A stretch of DNA of 61,547 bases, filler included, from 6 parts of 6 records of this genome joined end to end with filler, not necessarily neighbours in it; one strand, 5' to 3'. Positions 8,809-20,005 are shown, counted from the first letter of the whole stretch. Notes: generated from the sequence alone by a model not told the origin. Program-made: numbers and translations.

Positions 8809-10899
8809 TTACCGTCCGCCCGTGCGGAAGTTCGGCGGACGGCCGTTGGAGGAGCGGGCTTCAAGCTTGGGCGCGGCATCGAAAAGGTCCGCAAGCTCGG
8901 CGAAGAAACCGCTGCGCGGCGTGGTGGCGGCGACGATGGGCGCATCGCGGTAGCGGACCGCGCCCGGAAGCGGTGCGGGCGGCAGACCTTTTTCGGCGGC
9001 GTTCATGTAGTTCCGCCAGGCGATGGCGGCGAAGTTTCCGCCCGCGGCGCCTTCGGTCGGCGTGTTGTCGTCATTGCCGAACCAGACACCCGCTGCCTCG
9101 TGTCCTGTATAGCCGACGAACCAGGCGTCGCGATTGTCCTGGCTGGTGCCGGTCTTGCCCGCTGCAAGACGGCCGGAAGGCGCGGCGGAGCGCCCGGTGC
9201 CCTCGGTGATCACCTGGTGCAGCATGTAGGTCATGTCCTGCGCCTGCTGGCGGGTGATCGCCTGCCGCGTCTTCTTTTCGTGAGTGTAGAGAACGTCGCC
9301 ATTCTCCGCTTCGATGGCGGCGATGCCGTAAGGCGCGGCGCGGTGGCCTTCATTGCCGAAAGTGGAATAGGCGGATGTCAGCTCGAGAAGCGTCACTTCG
9401 GCGCTGCCGAGAACGATGGATAGATTTCGCGGCAATGACCGCTCAATGCCGAGCTTGTGGGCCGACGCGATGATGCGGTCCATGCCGACCTTGTCGCCGA
9501 CCTGAACGGAAATGGTGTTGATCGAGTTGGCGAGCGCGGTCGCGAGGCTGACCGTTCCCCAGTTGCGCTCGGAGGCATTGCGCGGCGCCCAGCCACCCAT
9601 CGAAACGGGTTCGTCCGTGACCGGACTGTCCGGTGTGTAGCCCGCCTCAAGCGCGGCGAGATAGACGATGGGCTTGAACGCTGAGCCTGGTTGACGTTCA
9701 GCCTGTGTCGCCCGGTTGAACTGGCTTTCGACATAGGACTTGCCGCCAACCATGGCGAGCACGGCGCCGTCGGGTGCGAGCGCGATCAGCGCGCCTTGCG
9801 AGACGTTCCGTTCCTTGCCCATTTCTTCGAGCGCCTGTCGAACGGCGCTCTCGGCAGCAGTCTGGCGTGCCGGGTCGAGCGTCGTGCGCACCGTAAGGCG
9901 GCCCGCCGCCTCCGGAAATTTCGTGCGTACCTGTTCGGCAACCCAGTCAACAAAATATTCGCGGCCCGCCTCGCGCGTGCGCGGCAGGACTTCGGCCGGA
10001 TTTTCGCGCGCACCGATGACTTCCTTTTCGGTGAGGCTGCCGGCATCGACGAGCCGGTCGAGCACTTGGCCCGCGCGGGTCCGCGCCTGTTCGATGTCGT
10101 TGGTAGGCGCGTAGCGGCTCGGCGCTTTGGGAAGGCCGGCAAGGATTGCCGCTTCGGCGAGCGACACATCGCGAACCGACTTGCCGAAGTAGTAGCGCGA
10201 GGCGGCATCCATGCCGTAATTACCCGCGCCCATATAGATGCGGTTCAGGTAGAGCGAGAGAATCTCGTCCTTGGTGAGATTGTTCTCGAGCCACATGGTG
10301 ATGAGCGCTTCCTGCGCCTTGCGCCAGATGGTGCGGCTGTTGTCGAGATAAAGATTCTTCGCGACCTGCTGCGTGATGGTGGAGCCGCCTTCGACGAGGC
10401 CGAAGGATTTGACGTTGGCCCACATGGCGCGCGCGATGCCGCGCGGATCGAAACCGTTATGTTCGTAGAAGCGGCGGTCTTCGGTCGCGAGCACGGCCTT
10501 GACGAGATAGGGCGGCATCTCGCCGAGCGGGACCGTCGGCGCGGTGCGCCGTCCGCGCAGGCCGATCTCGTCGCCTTCAACATTGAGAACCTTGATCGTC
10601 AGCGTTTCGTTCTGTGCGGTATCGAGCGAGCGCTGAAGATCGGGGAGCGTGATGAAGACGAGCGCGACGAAACCGACGAAGAGCGCCGTGATGCCGAAAG
10701 AAAAATAAGTGAGAAGACGCGTGCGCCAACTCCGGCGCTGAGGTCCAGCACGCGGCTGCATGTCCTCTGCATCGTCCTCCGCGTGATCACGCGCCGTCTG
10801 CGCGTGGCGAAACTGCTCGCGCATCGGATAGTGCGGATCGATGTTGTCGTCGTCGCCGGACAAAGTTAACGCCTCGCTGAACCCAATAAGGGCGTCCAT
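8809..10899 (-). CDS. Class A penicillin-binding protein (PBP1A family)
   Basis: EDRRFYEH, GGSTITQQ, RKAQE transglycosylase motifs; SAFK, SIN, KTG transpeptidase motifs. Confidence 0.92.
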   Translation of the reverse strand: MDALIGFSEALTLSGDDDNIDPHYPMREQFRHAQTARDHAEDDAEDMQPRAGPQRRSWRTRLLTYFSFGITALFVGFVALVFITLPDLQRSLDTAQNETLTIKVLNVEGDEIGLRGRRTAPTVPLGEMPPYLVKAVLATEDRRFYEHNGFDPRGIARAMWANVKSFGLVEGGSTITQQVAKNLYLDNSRTIWRKAQEALITMWLENNLTKDEILSLYLNRIYMGAGNYGMDAASRYYFGKSVRDVSLAEAAILAGLPKAPSRYAPTNDIEQARTRAGQVLDRLVDAGSLTEKEVIGARENPAEVLPRTREAGREYFVDWVAEQVRTKFPEAAGRLTVRTTLDPARQTAAESAVRQALEEMGKERNVSQGALIALAPDGAVLAMVGGKSYVESQFNRATQAERQPGSAFKPIVYLAALEAGYTPDSPVTDEPVSMGGWAPRNASERNWGTVSLATALANSINTISVQVGDKVGMDRIIASAHKLGIERSLPRNLSIVLGSAEVTLLELTSAYSTFGNEGHRAAPYGIAAIEAENGDVLYTHEKKTRQAITRQQAQDMTYMLHQVITEGTGRSAAPSGRLAAGKTGTSQDNRDAWFVGYTGHEAAGVWFGNDDNTPTEGAAGGNFAAIAWRNYMNAAEKGLPPAPLPGAVRYRDAPIVAATTPRSGFFAELADLFDAAPKLEARSSNGRPPNFRTGGR

Positions 10900-11050
10900 C
10901 GGATGGCCGTTTCATGCGAGCGTCATGCCAGCCCCGCCTGGATCAAAACGAGACTGCCGGAGCTTTGTGCGTGGAATAGGGCGGGATCGCGGCAAAGAGG
11001 GGGCGGCGTGAGCCTTTGACAAAAGCGCTGGACCGCTGTTCTGTCCCGGA

Positions 11051-11512
11051 ATGACCGAGAGGCCCGAACCTTTCTGGCGCGTGAAGCGCCTCGACGAAAT
11101 GACCCGGCAGGAGTGGGAAAGCCTCTGCGACGGCTGCGCGAAGTGCTGCCTTGTGAAGCTGGAGGACGAGGATACGGGTGAGATCGAATATACCGATATC
11201 GCCTGCCGGCTGCTCGATGCGGAGACCTGCCAGTGTTCGGATTATCCGAACCGGTCGGTCCGCGTGCCCGATTGTGTCACCCTGACGCCGAAGAATCTGG
11301 AAGACATCGACTGGATGCCGCCCTCCTGCGCCTACCGGCTCGTGAAACACGGGAAGGACCTCCCGTGGTGGCACCCGCTCGTCTCCGGCGAACACGAGGC
11401 GGTGCGTCTCGCAGGCATGTCCGTCCACGGACGGTTCCTCTATGAGGATGAGGCCGACATGGAAGACCTGGAGGCGCGGATCGTCGATTGGCCGCTGATT
11501 CCGCCGGAATGA
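11051..11512 (+). CDS. ycgN: YcgN family cysteine-cluster protein
   Basis: [13 protein letters not shown]...C..Y..R...VPDC...W.P.SCAY. Confidence 0.9.
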   Translation: MTERPEPFWRVKRLDEMTRQEWESLCDGCAKCCLVKLEDEDTGEIEYTDIACRLLDAETCQCSDYPNRSVRVPDCVTLTPKNLEDIDWMPPSCAYRLVKHGKDLPWWHPLVSGEHEAVRLAGMSVHGRFLYEDEADMEDLEARIVDWPLIPPE

Positions 11513-11577
11513 AAAAGAACTGATCTGGCAGGCCCTTCCCCGCGTATCAGGGAAAACCGCATACAGAGGAATGGCCC

Positions 11578-11964
11578 ATGAGCTATGCGATTGCCTATGC
11601 CGCGACAGCGATTGTTTTCCTTGGACTCGATGCCATCTGGCTCGGCTTCGTTGCGAAGGACTTCTATGCGCGCTCGCTCGGAAGCCTGATGCGCGACCCG
11701 CCGGACTTCATGGCAGCCGGTGCCTTCTATCTCTTCTATGTGGCGGGCATCGTGTTCTTCGCGGCGATGCCGGCGGAGAGCTGGAAAGCAGCGCTCGCGC
11801 GGGGCGCGCTTCTTGGGCTTCTTGCTTATGGCACCTATGACATGACCAACCTTGCGACCCTGAAAGGCTGGCCCTGGCGCATGGCGGCGGTGGACATGGC
11901 TTGGGGCACGGCCCTGACGGCGCTGGCGGCTCTCGGGGGATATCTCGCCCTCAAAAGCGCCTGA
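11578..11964 (+). CDS. DUF2177 family membrane protein
   Basis: LDAIWL, AYGTYDMTNLAT..W, VDMAWG motifs. Confidence 0.85.
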   Translation: MSYAIAYAATAIVFLGLDAIWLGFVAKDFYARSLGSLMRDPPDFMAAGAFYLFYVAGIVFFAAMPAESWKAALARGALLGLLAYGTYDMTNLATLKGWPWRMAAVDMAWGTALTALAALGGYLALKSA

Positions 11965-11993
11965 CTGTCACCGAACTGTCAAAAATGTGTCAC
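11965..11993 (+). promoter_or_regulatory. Triple PHO box (PhoB site)
   Basis: CTGTCAC-CGAA-CTGTCAA-AAAT-GTGTCAC: three CTGTCAT-like heptamers at 11-bp period, upstream of a PiT gene. Confidence 0.8.
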
Positions 11994-12076
11994 ACAGGGT
12001 AGGCGGCCGCTGCCCGAAATGCTAAACGCTGACCCCGGCGATTTTTGCCCGTGATACGGCCGATTCGGGGGACCCT

Positions 12077-13585
12077 GTGCCGAAGAGTGCGCTCGACAAG
12101 GACCTGAAGAAGGTCGGACGGCTCGAAGACGCGACACAGGCATTGTCGCGCTCGATTGCGGCGCCCGGACTGGCGATCCTCTTCCTCATCGCGATCTTCC
12201 TCTTCATGAGCGGCCTCGCGCCTGTTGGGCCGCTGAGCCTCTTCGTGATCGCAGGCGGCGTCATCGCCGGCTACATGGCGCTGAACATCGGCGCGAACGA
12301 TGTCGCGAACAATATGGGACCCGCGGTCGGCAGCCGCGCGCTGCCATTGGGGGCGGCCCTCGTCATCGCAGCGATCTGCGAGACGGCGGGTGCGGTGCTC
12401 GCGGGCGGCGACGTGGTGAACACGATCTCGAAGGACATCATCGTCCCGCACGAAGAATTCGATGTGCGCGACTTCGTGATGCTGATGATGGCGTCGTTCC
12501 TTGCGGCCGGCATCTGGCTCCACCTTGCGACCTTCCTCAACGCACCCGTCTCGACCACGCATTCGATTGTGGGCGGCGTGCTCGGCGCGGGCATCGCGGC
12601 GGCGGGCTTCGGCATCGTCAACTGGCCGACCATGGGCGCGATTGCCGCGAGCTGGGTGATCTCGCCGGTGATGGGCGGCGTGGTCGCGGCGGCGCTGCTC
12701 GGCTTCGTCAAATGGCAGGTGCTCTTTCGCGAGGACCGCGTGGCGGCGGCGCGCCGCTGGGTCCCCGTCATGATCGGCCTGATGGTGGGTGTCTTCGCGA
12801 TGTACCTGTCGCTGAAAGGCTTCTCGAAAATCTGGAAGCCCTCGGCGGGCACGGTCTGGCTGCTCGGGCTCGCGGGCTTCGTGCTCGGCACGGCGGCGAC
12901 ATGGCCGATCGTCGCGCGCCGCGCGGCGACGCTCGAAAACAGGCGCAAGCATGTGGCGGGTCTCTTCACCCTGCCGCTCATCTTCGCAGCGGGGCTGCTT
13001 TCCTTTGCGCATGGTGCTAACGATGTGGCGAACGCGGTCGGACCGCTTGCCGCCATCGTCGCCGCCGCTGAAACGGGACAAGCGGCGACGGGCGATGTCA
13101 CGCTGCCGCTCTGGGTGCTGATGATCGGCGCGCTCGGCATCTCGCTCGGCCTCGCGCTGTTCGGCCCGCGCCTCATTCGCACGGTCGGCACCAAGATCAC
13201 CAAGATGGACGCACCGCGCGCTTACTGCGTCGCGCTCGCCGCCGCGATCACCGTGCTGATCGCCTCGGCGCTCGGACTGCCCGTCTCGTCGACGCATATC
13301 GCCATCGGCGGCGTCTTCGGCGTCGGCTTCCTGCGCGAACAGCTCGCGAATCTCGGCCTCAACGCCGACGGCCCGAGACCCGTGAAGCCGAAACCGAACG
13401 AACCGTCATCGTTGTCGAGGACGCCGGAAGACGCGATCAAGAAACAGAGAAAGCGCGAAAAACGCCGCCTCGTCCGCCGCCGCCATGTGCTCGGCATCGC
13501 GGCCGCCTGGGTCATCACGGTGCCCGCGGCCGGCGGCCTCGCGGCGATCTTCTACGGGCTGCTGAAAGCTCTGGTGGAGTTCTGA
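12077..13585 (+). CDS. Inorganic phosphate transporter, PiT family
   Basis: Duplicated GANDVAN signature, PVSTTH and PVSSTH motifs; GTG start. Confidence 0.92.
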   Translation: MPKSALDKDLKKVGRLEDATQALSRSIAAPGLAILFLIAIFLFMSGLAPVGPLSLFVIAGGVIAGYMALNIGANDVANNMGPAVGSRALPLGAALVIAAICETAGAVLAGGDVVNTISKDIIVPHEEFDVRDFVMLMMASFLAAGIWLHLATFLNAPVSTTHSIVGGVLGAGIAAAGFGIVNWPTMGAIAASWVISPVMGGVVAAALLGFVKWQVLFREDRVAAARRWVPVMIGLMVGVFAMYLSLKGFSKIWKPSAGTVWLLGLAGFVLGTAATWPIVARRAATLENRRKHVAGLFTLPLIFAAGLLSFAHGANDVANAVGPLAAIVAAAETGQAATGDVTLPLWVLMIGALGISLGLALFGPRLIRTVGTKITKMDAPRAYCVALAAAITVLIASALGLPVSSTHIAIGGVFGVGFLREQLANLGLNADGPRPVKPKPNEPSSLSRTPEDAIKKQRKREKRRLVRRRHVLGIAAAWVITVPAAGGLAAIFYGLLKALVEF

Positions 13586-13592
13586 AGCGGCG

Positions 13593-14054
13593 CTATTTCA
13601 CGTCCCGGAGCATCATCGCGAGATCGGCGAGGTGGGGGTCGTAGAGAAGCTGACGCGCTTCGCGCAAGCCCGCCCAATGGCGCCGGCGCTCCGTCTGCTC
13701 TTCCCATGTCTCGTGCTGCTGCGTGACGCGGAGCGGATACATGTCGACCTCGATGGGTTTCACGCGGACCCCGCGGCGCTTGATCGTGCGCCAGGCGCCG
13801 AGCGGCTGATCGCCGACGATGCCCTCGACGCCCGCTTCCTCCAGCGCCTCCTGCGCCGCCGCGTCATGCGGATCGAGTCCTTCCATCAGCCCGCCTTTCG
13901 GAAAGATCCAGCGGCCGGTGCGGCGCGAGGTGATGAGCAGGACCGCGACCTGCCCGCCGACAATGGAATAGGGGATCGCGCCCGCCTGCCGCTCGACCGA
14001 GGACTGGCGCGCGACGAAGCGGAAACGAACTGACGTGACAAGTCTCTGAAGCAT
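13593..14054 (-). CDS. Nudix hydrolase (WIFPKGG, DIPP/Ap6A-like subgroup)
   Basis: LLITSR..RWIFPKGG......AAAQEALEEAGV Nudix box. Confidence 0.85.
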   Translation of the reverse strand: MLQRLVTSVRFRFVARQSSVERQAGAIPYSIVGGQVAVLLITSRRTGRWIFPKGGLMEGLDPHDAAAQEALEEAGVEGIVGDQPLGAWRTIKRRGVRVKPIEVDMYPLRVTQQHETWEEQTERRRHWAGLREARQLLYDPHLADLAMMLRDVK

Positions 14055-14156
14055 GGCTTCCCCGGAGCGTGGCTGGCGGGAGTTTGCCGTGACTCGGTGC
14101 GAAAGGGGAGTCGGAAGGGTGACATGCTTTGTTGTTGAGCAAACAAAAACTCAGAT

Positions 14157-14234
14157 GTCATTCCGGCGAAAGCCGGAATCCATCTGACTCCCGGATGCGT
14201 GAGGCCCGCCCATGGACCCCGGCTTTCGCCGGGG
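14157..14234. repeat. Alphaproteobacterial double-hairpin REP/RIME-like element at the contig end
   Basis: GTCATTCCGGCGAAAGCCGGAATCCA ... TGGACCCCGGCTTTCGCCGGGG: two hairpins in inverted orientation. Confidence 0.8.
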
Positions 14235-14334
14235 NNNNNNNNNNNNNNNNNNNNNNNNNNNNNNNNNNNNNNNNNNNNTTAATTAATTAANNNNNNNNNN
14301 NNNNNNNNNNNNNNNNNNNNNNNNNNNNNNNNNN
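14235..14334. other. Artificial contig linker
   Basis: N44-TTAATTAATTAA-N44 (stops in all six frames). Confidence 0.99.
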
Positions 14335-14363
14335 AGAGAGAGATAGAGAGAGAGAGAGAGAGA
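14335..14363. repeat. (AG)n microsatellite at the start of the eukaryotic contig
   Basis: agagagagatagagagagagagagagaga. Confidence 0.9.
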
Positions 14364-14389
14364 CTCGCACTCAGTGCCAACGACTCAAG

Positions 14390-17300
14390 ATGGCGAAGGT
14401 GGAGCGATGGTGGGAGGTGAACGAGATGGAGACGCCGACCGTGTGGCAGGCGCTGGTGACGAAGGATGGCCTGGACTACTACTACAACACGGAGACGCAG
14501 GAGACGTCCTGGGACAAGCCCGAGGAGCTGATGACGGAGGACGAGATCAACAGTGCCGGCGAGTGGCTGTGGGTCCCGCACCCCACGGAAGTCTTCGTGG
14601 CCGGCAAGGTGCTGGAGAAGTCGAAGCGGTCCGTCAAAGTGCAGGCTGAGGACGGCCAGATTTATTCCGCAGCGCGCAACGAAGCGTTTGAGATGAAACG
14701 CTCGTCGCTCAAGCGCATTGTGGAAGACCTCACGCTGCTCGACAACATGAGCGCCCCGCTCATCTTGAACGACCTGCGGCGCCGGTTCGAGAACGAGGAC
14801 ATCTACACCAACGTCGGAACAATCCTCATCTCTATCAACCCATACGAGCGCTACGACATCTATTCGGAGGATGTGGTGCGGCGATACATCAAGGCTCGCC
14901 TCGCGAACAAAGAGATGCCCCCACACGTCTTCAACACTGGCCACGATGCGTTCTATGGCGTGACTGGCTTCAACAGGGACCAATCGATCATCATCTCCGG
15001 CGAATCAGGAGCCGGTAAGACAGAGGCCACGAAGCAGTGTCTCAAGTACCTGGCCACCATCGCTGGCTCCATTGGGAACGTGGAAAAAAAATTGCTGCAG
15101 GCCAACCCGATTCTGGAGGCTTTTGGAAACGCCAAGACCTTGCGCAATGACAACTCTTCTCGCTTCGGCAAGTACATGGAGGTGTTCTTCAACGGAAGAC
15201 ACAAGATCATCGGCTCCCAGACCACAAATTACCTGCTCGAAAAAGTGCGCGTCATCCAGCAGACCAACAACGAACGCAACTTTCACATCTTCTACCAACT
15301 CTGCAAGGGAGCCCCAAAGGAGCTTCGCCAGAAGTATCATCTTGACTCGGACTGCAGCAAGTATCGCTTGCTGGCGCAGTGCTGGGATGTCGACACCCTG
15401 GACGATGTCAAAGATTTCGCCGAGGTGCAGGAAGCCTTCAACGACCTTGCATTTAAACCCCAAGAAGTGGAAGGCCTTTACGCCATTGTGTCGGCTGTAC
15501 TCGCTCTAGGCAACGTGGCCTTCAAATCTGGCCCGGAAGATAGCTCTGTCGTGGACCCTAAGACAAAGGTGTGGGTGCAACGCGCTGCAGAGATTCTCCA
15601 AGTGGATCCTAGCGCCATGGAAAAAGCCTTGACGACCCGGGTGCTGCGTATCCGTGGCCAATCCGAAACGACGGTCATTTTGAGCAAGAAACACGCCTCT
15701 GACACGCGCGATGCGCTTGCGAAGTTTGTGTATGGCAAAATGTTTGATTGGATCGTGCGCCGCGTGAACATCAGGTGCGACTCCCCGAGACAACCGACCT
15801 TGCGCTCTGATGTTTTGACACAGTGCTTCGTCTTAGGCACTGATCCAAAGTTTACTCATGTCGATTTGTCGCCCAGTATTGACGCAACTTACGCACCTTT
15901 TCTGTCGATTTTGTGTTGCGTGTAGCATGGGTACTCCTCCCGGTGGCTATGCTGGCAACACATACATTGGCATGCTGGATATCTTTGGATTCGAGATCTT
16001 CAAGCACAATTCATTTGAACAGCTGTGCATTAATTTCACAAACGAGATGCTCCAGCAGCACTTCAACAACAACACCTTCAAGCTCGAGGAAAAGATTTAC
16101 AACGAGGAACAGATCGAGTGGACCCACATCGACTACATCGACAACAAGCCAATGATTGATCTTATTACGAAAAAGGTACGCTTCACATTTCTGCATGGTT
16201 TGCTGCTTGCTTGCTGGAGCTTGCACGAGTAAGCATCCGCATTTTTTTTGTTTCGAGTCCCGTTTCATTTTGCTGCACTGTCTGTACCTTTGTTGGATAG
16301 CCTTTCGGAATCTTGCCCACCCTTGACGACGAGACCATCGTCGGGGACCGCGGCTCTGACCAAAACTTCATGGCCAAGCTGCGCAAGAACAACAAAAACA
16401 ACACCATCTACGGTAACGACCCGAAGTCGAAAGTCCACTTCATCGTGAACCACTACGCTGGAAAAGTGCGGTACGCTGGAGTTGGGTTTCTGGAAAAGAA
16501 TCGCGACACTCTCACCACCGATCTTATCGAACTTCTTCAGACGTCATCTCAGGTATTGCTCAACTTGCTTGATGTGCATGGATGAGATGGTAGAGGTCGA
16601 GAATTGTGTGTGCGTGCGTCCGCAACAATTTGCGCACGCGATGATGTGTTTCTGCTGTGATTTGAACGTGTAGCCGTTGATGAACGAACTGTACCCTCCT
16701 GGCCGCGAGGTCTCGTCCAAAGAGAAGAAAGCGTCGTTGTCGAAGCAGTTCCAGTCACAACTCAATACTCTCATGCGCCGCCTCAACAAAACGCAGCCGC
16801 ATTATATCCGTTGTGTGAAGCCGAACAACGACAAGCGGGCCAAGTACTTCGTCCCACGCAACTGCTATGAGCAATTGACCTACTCTGGAGTCTTCGAAGC
16901 TGTTGCAATTCGAAAACAAGGGTATGTAGTTGGGGCATCGACCAAACTGTGGTGCCGCATGCTTGGGATCACCTTCTGTGAAAAGCTGCTTTCAATGACG
17001 TTTCTCGTGCTTTTAATTGGTATAGATTTCCATTCCGCCTTTCACATGGCGAGTTTGCTTCACGGTATGGAATCATTTGCAAAGGAAAGGCCACAGGGGT
17101 CGGGGCCAAAGAGGTCTGCCGCGCCATCATCAAGGAACTCAAGCTCAGTACCGACAATGTGAAGGTCGGCGCCGGCCGAGTCCTGTACCGTGCGGAGGAG
17201 TATCGCAAGCTTGAGTTGGACTGGTCGATCAAGTCTCGCCACACTGAGATCCGGAAGAACATCGACCGCATGGTCGGCAAAAACCCGGATTCAATGAGCA

Positions 17301-19847
17301 AAGAGGAGAAGGAGGTCAGTGTCTGAGCTCACAGGGCGCTGAACTGCGCCACATTGTGTGACAATTGTGTTTTCTCTGTAGCCTTTCATGCGCTGTCGTG
17401 TCTCACGCGAGTTTGGTGCACTGTTGCTTGGCTGGGTGGCGATTGATGGCCCAGAACTTTTGCATGGAGCTTGCCGGTGCTGTGCGAGACGCCGACACTT
17501 TCAAGATCACAGTTCCCAATCTCGCACAGGCGAGAAAAATGCTTGATCGGCTGATTGGTGAGCGCATTCCGGAGCACGTAAAGCGCAAACTGCGTGAAGG
17601 AAAAGAAACAATGAACAAGGAGGTGTTGCGCGAGGTGCTTCACCTTTGCGAAAACGAAGGGTTTTTTTCCTCGCTTGTGCGGGACTGCATGCAACTGCTC
17701 GAAAAAATCGAGGATGCTGACTCAGCACTGGCCATGGCCATCAAAGAGATGAAAGAAGAATACCTGGAGCGGGCTCTCGCGATGTGCGATGACTTCAACT
17801 ACAAAGACAAGGCTGTTGACGTTGCCCGTAAGCTGCTCAAGAATATTCAAAAAGCCAACAAGCTCATCGCGAAAGCCATGAAGTCTGTGGACTACGACTT
17901 GCTTCGCAAGGCTGTCAAGTTTTGTGAGGGCTTCAATTACCAGTCTGCCAAGGCTGGCGCCTGCAGCAAACTGTACAAACGCGTTCATTCGACGCGCAAA
18001 CAGCTTACCGCCGCCATCAAGGCCATGGAACAGGGCGCCCTCGAGCAAGCCGTTGGTGCCTGCGACGAGAAGCGTTTTAACGGAAAAGTGTACCGTTGCG
18101 ACCTAGAGGCTCAGGCACGCTGGTATTTGAGTCGAGTGACGAAGATCAACAAGTTGGCGAAGCAAGCCAAGAAGGAGTGCATCGAAGAGCAAGTGCGAGC
18201 TATCACCAAAGCTGCTGACGCCATTGGCATGCGAACGTCCATCATCGATGGCTTCCGCAAGCTCATCAAGGGGCCCTACATTAAGTTCCTCGATGAGCAA
18301 TTTGCCTGCGCTTCAAAGGTGTGTGTGGTTCTTTTTTTGCCGTTGTGCAATTTGTGCCAGCTTTTGTCTCATGAGCTCATGTTGGAATATGTGTGCTGCC
18401 TGCCAAGCTCGACGACGCAGATCGGGCCGTTCTTGTCGATATCAAGCGCAAAGACATCATCGTTGAAGAGCGTGGATCTGCATTACGGCTGGAGAAGTTC
18501 AAAGGTCTCAAGGATCCAATGATGTGGGCCACAGAAAAGTTTGGCGGCAACAAAGAGAAGCGTGCTGCGACCATGTGTGAATTTCAGAAGGACCGTTTGC
18601 ATTCACCGTTCACCATGGCGGCAGCCCAGGCCATGCAGCGTGGGGATAAAACGTACGGTTTTTAACGTCAACGTTGGATTTGCTGACTGGATAAATTGAG
18701 GAGGCATCCGTTCTGACGTTTGAAAAATGTGCGTGTGCGGGCTGCATGGCAGGTTCCAAAAAGAGTTGAAGGACAAGTGCATTAACGTCTTCGACACAGT
18801 GCAAAAGTTCATGCGTCAGCGCAACTCGTTGAAGATCCCGCAGCGCCTTGATGAGCTGCTCACGGACTGCGTTCAGCACCCTTTTCTGCGAGACGAGGCT
18901 TATATTGGCATCATCAAGCAATGTCACAACAACCCTGACGATGACCCATCTGTAAAACCAGAAAATAAGGTCCATGCCTGCAAGCAAGCCGTGGAATTGC
19001 TCGCCCTGTGTCTGACAGTATTCCCGCCTTCAGACGCTTTCAACGATCACCTTGAGTAAGTGTGCGGTCGCCAGTTCTTGTAGCACTGCCAACAATCGAT
19101 CTCTGGGCTTCCGGATTGGAACCTGAAGGTCGTCGACGTTGAGTCCTGACTTGAACCTTTGTACGTTGTTGTGCAAGGTACTTTATGCGCACTGGACCCC
19201 TGGTCGCGGAGATGGAGAAGTATTGCTGCAAGGGGCAGTTGCGACGAACTTGTTATTTGGGCGTTGATCCTGAGGATGTTATCGACCCTGAATTCTTTGC
19301 CCAAACTTGCGAGTACAACGGGCGGGCCTATCTTGGAGGTGCCCTCAACGTCGTGCTTCCTGAGCGGCTGGAACTCGAAGCGTTCGAGCCCCTTGAATAC
19401 ACCAACAAAAAGGATGCTCCGTGGTTGTCTTTGAAGAAGGACTCCAAGCCGCCCAAGGCGGGGGCACCGTCTTCGTCCCGAGGTGGTGATAGTGACGAAG
19501 CGGACACGCCACGCAGCAGCCGCAGTACCGGCGGCGGCAGCAAAAAGTCCAAGTCGCCAAAGCGCGAAAAGAAGTCAAAAAAATCGAAACGTAAAGACCG
19601 TGTGGCAGAACCTGAGCCAGAACCTGAGCCCGAGCCGGAACCTGAGCCGGAACCTGAGCCGGAACAGCGAGAGAAGGGGAGCAAGAAGAGCAAGAAAAGC
19701 AAGAAAAAGAAAGACAAGAAAAAAGACAAATTGGGTGGCGGAGGTAAATCGCGGCGCGATGACAGCGAGGAGGACCTGTTCGGAGATGATGATGGGTACG
19801 GTGGAGCTGATGACGACGACATTTTCGGCGGCGGGCTGTTCGATTGA
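14390..19847 (+). CDS. Spliced unconventional myosin, WW + SH3-like + motor + helical repeats + MyTH4 (class IV-like), 1501 aa
   Basis: Exons 14390-15774, 15926-16175, 16301-16552, 16674-16921, 17026-17314, 17455-18318, 18408-18652, 18753-19055, 19178-19847. Eight GT-AG introns of 89-151 bp with consistent phases (4506 nt in total). Motor motifs [33 protein letters not shown]; splicing restores [26 protein letters not shown]. MyTH4-like: [12 protein letters not shown]...[11 protein letters not shown]. Confidence 0.9.
19608..19664 (+). repeat. Coding tandem repeat, E(PE)9
   Basis: Repeated GAACCTGAGCCG-like units in the myosin tail. Confidence 0.9.
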
Positions 19848-20005
19848 GCTGTTTTGTCTATCGCTGCATCTGTCTATGGTCCATACTCCGCTGTGAAAGC
19901 CATGCACTGGTATTCATTTTGACATTATATTAGTGCGCCCACGTGGTGCTGCTCGTTCCCTCGTTTGCAAAAACCCGCTCATTGCCACACAAAGCCTCAG
20001 CACAA

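Noticed and set aside
7021..9423. 800-aa plus-strand ORF
   Set aside because: Antisense shadow of uup and PBP1A caused by high-GC codon bias; no recognisable motifs.
11990..13297. 435-aa minus-strand ORF, and similar long opposite-strand ORFs at 4611, 9691, 26712, 28329, 45753, 50013 and 52591
   Set aside because: All lie opposite well-supported genes and lack family motifs.
14235..14334. TTAATTAATTAA within N runs, repeated five times in the window
   Set aside because: Identical 100-bp assembly linkers, not biological. Gene adjacency across them is meaningless, so no cross-contig system or bacteria-eukaryote transfer is inferred.
14390..15925. 511-aa ORF as a truncated or bacterial myosin
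   Set aside because: It is exon 1 read into intron 1; splicing yields a complete motor domain.
17381..17454. Alternative acceptor at 17381 for myosin intron 5
   Set aside because: It leads to an in-frame stop; the acceptor at 17454 keeps the frame open.
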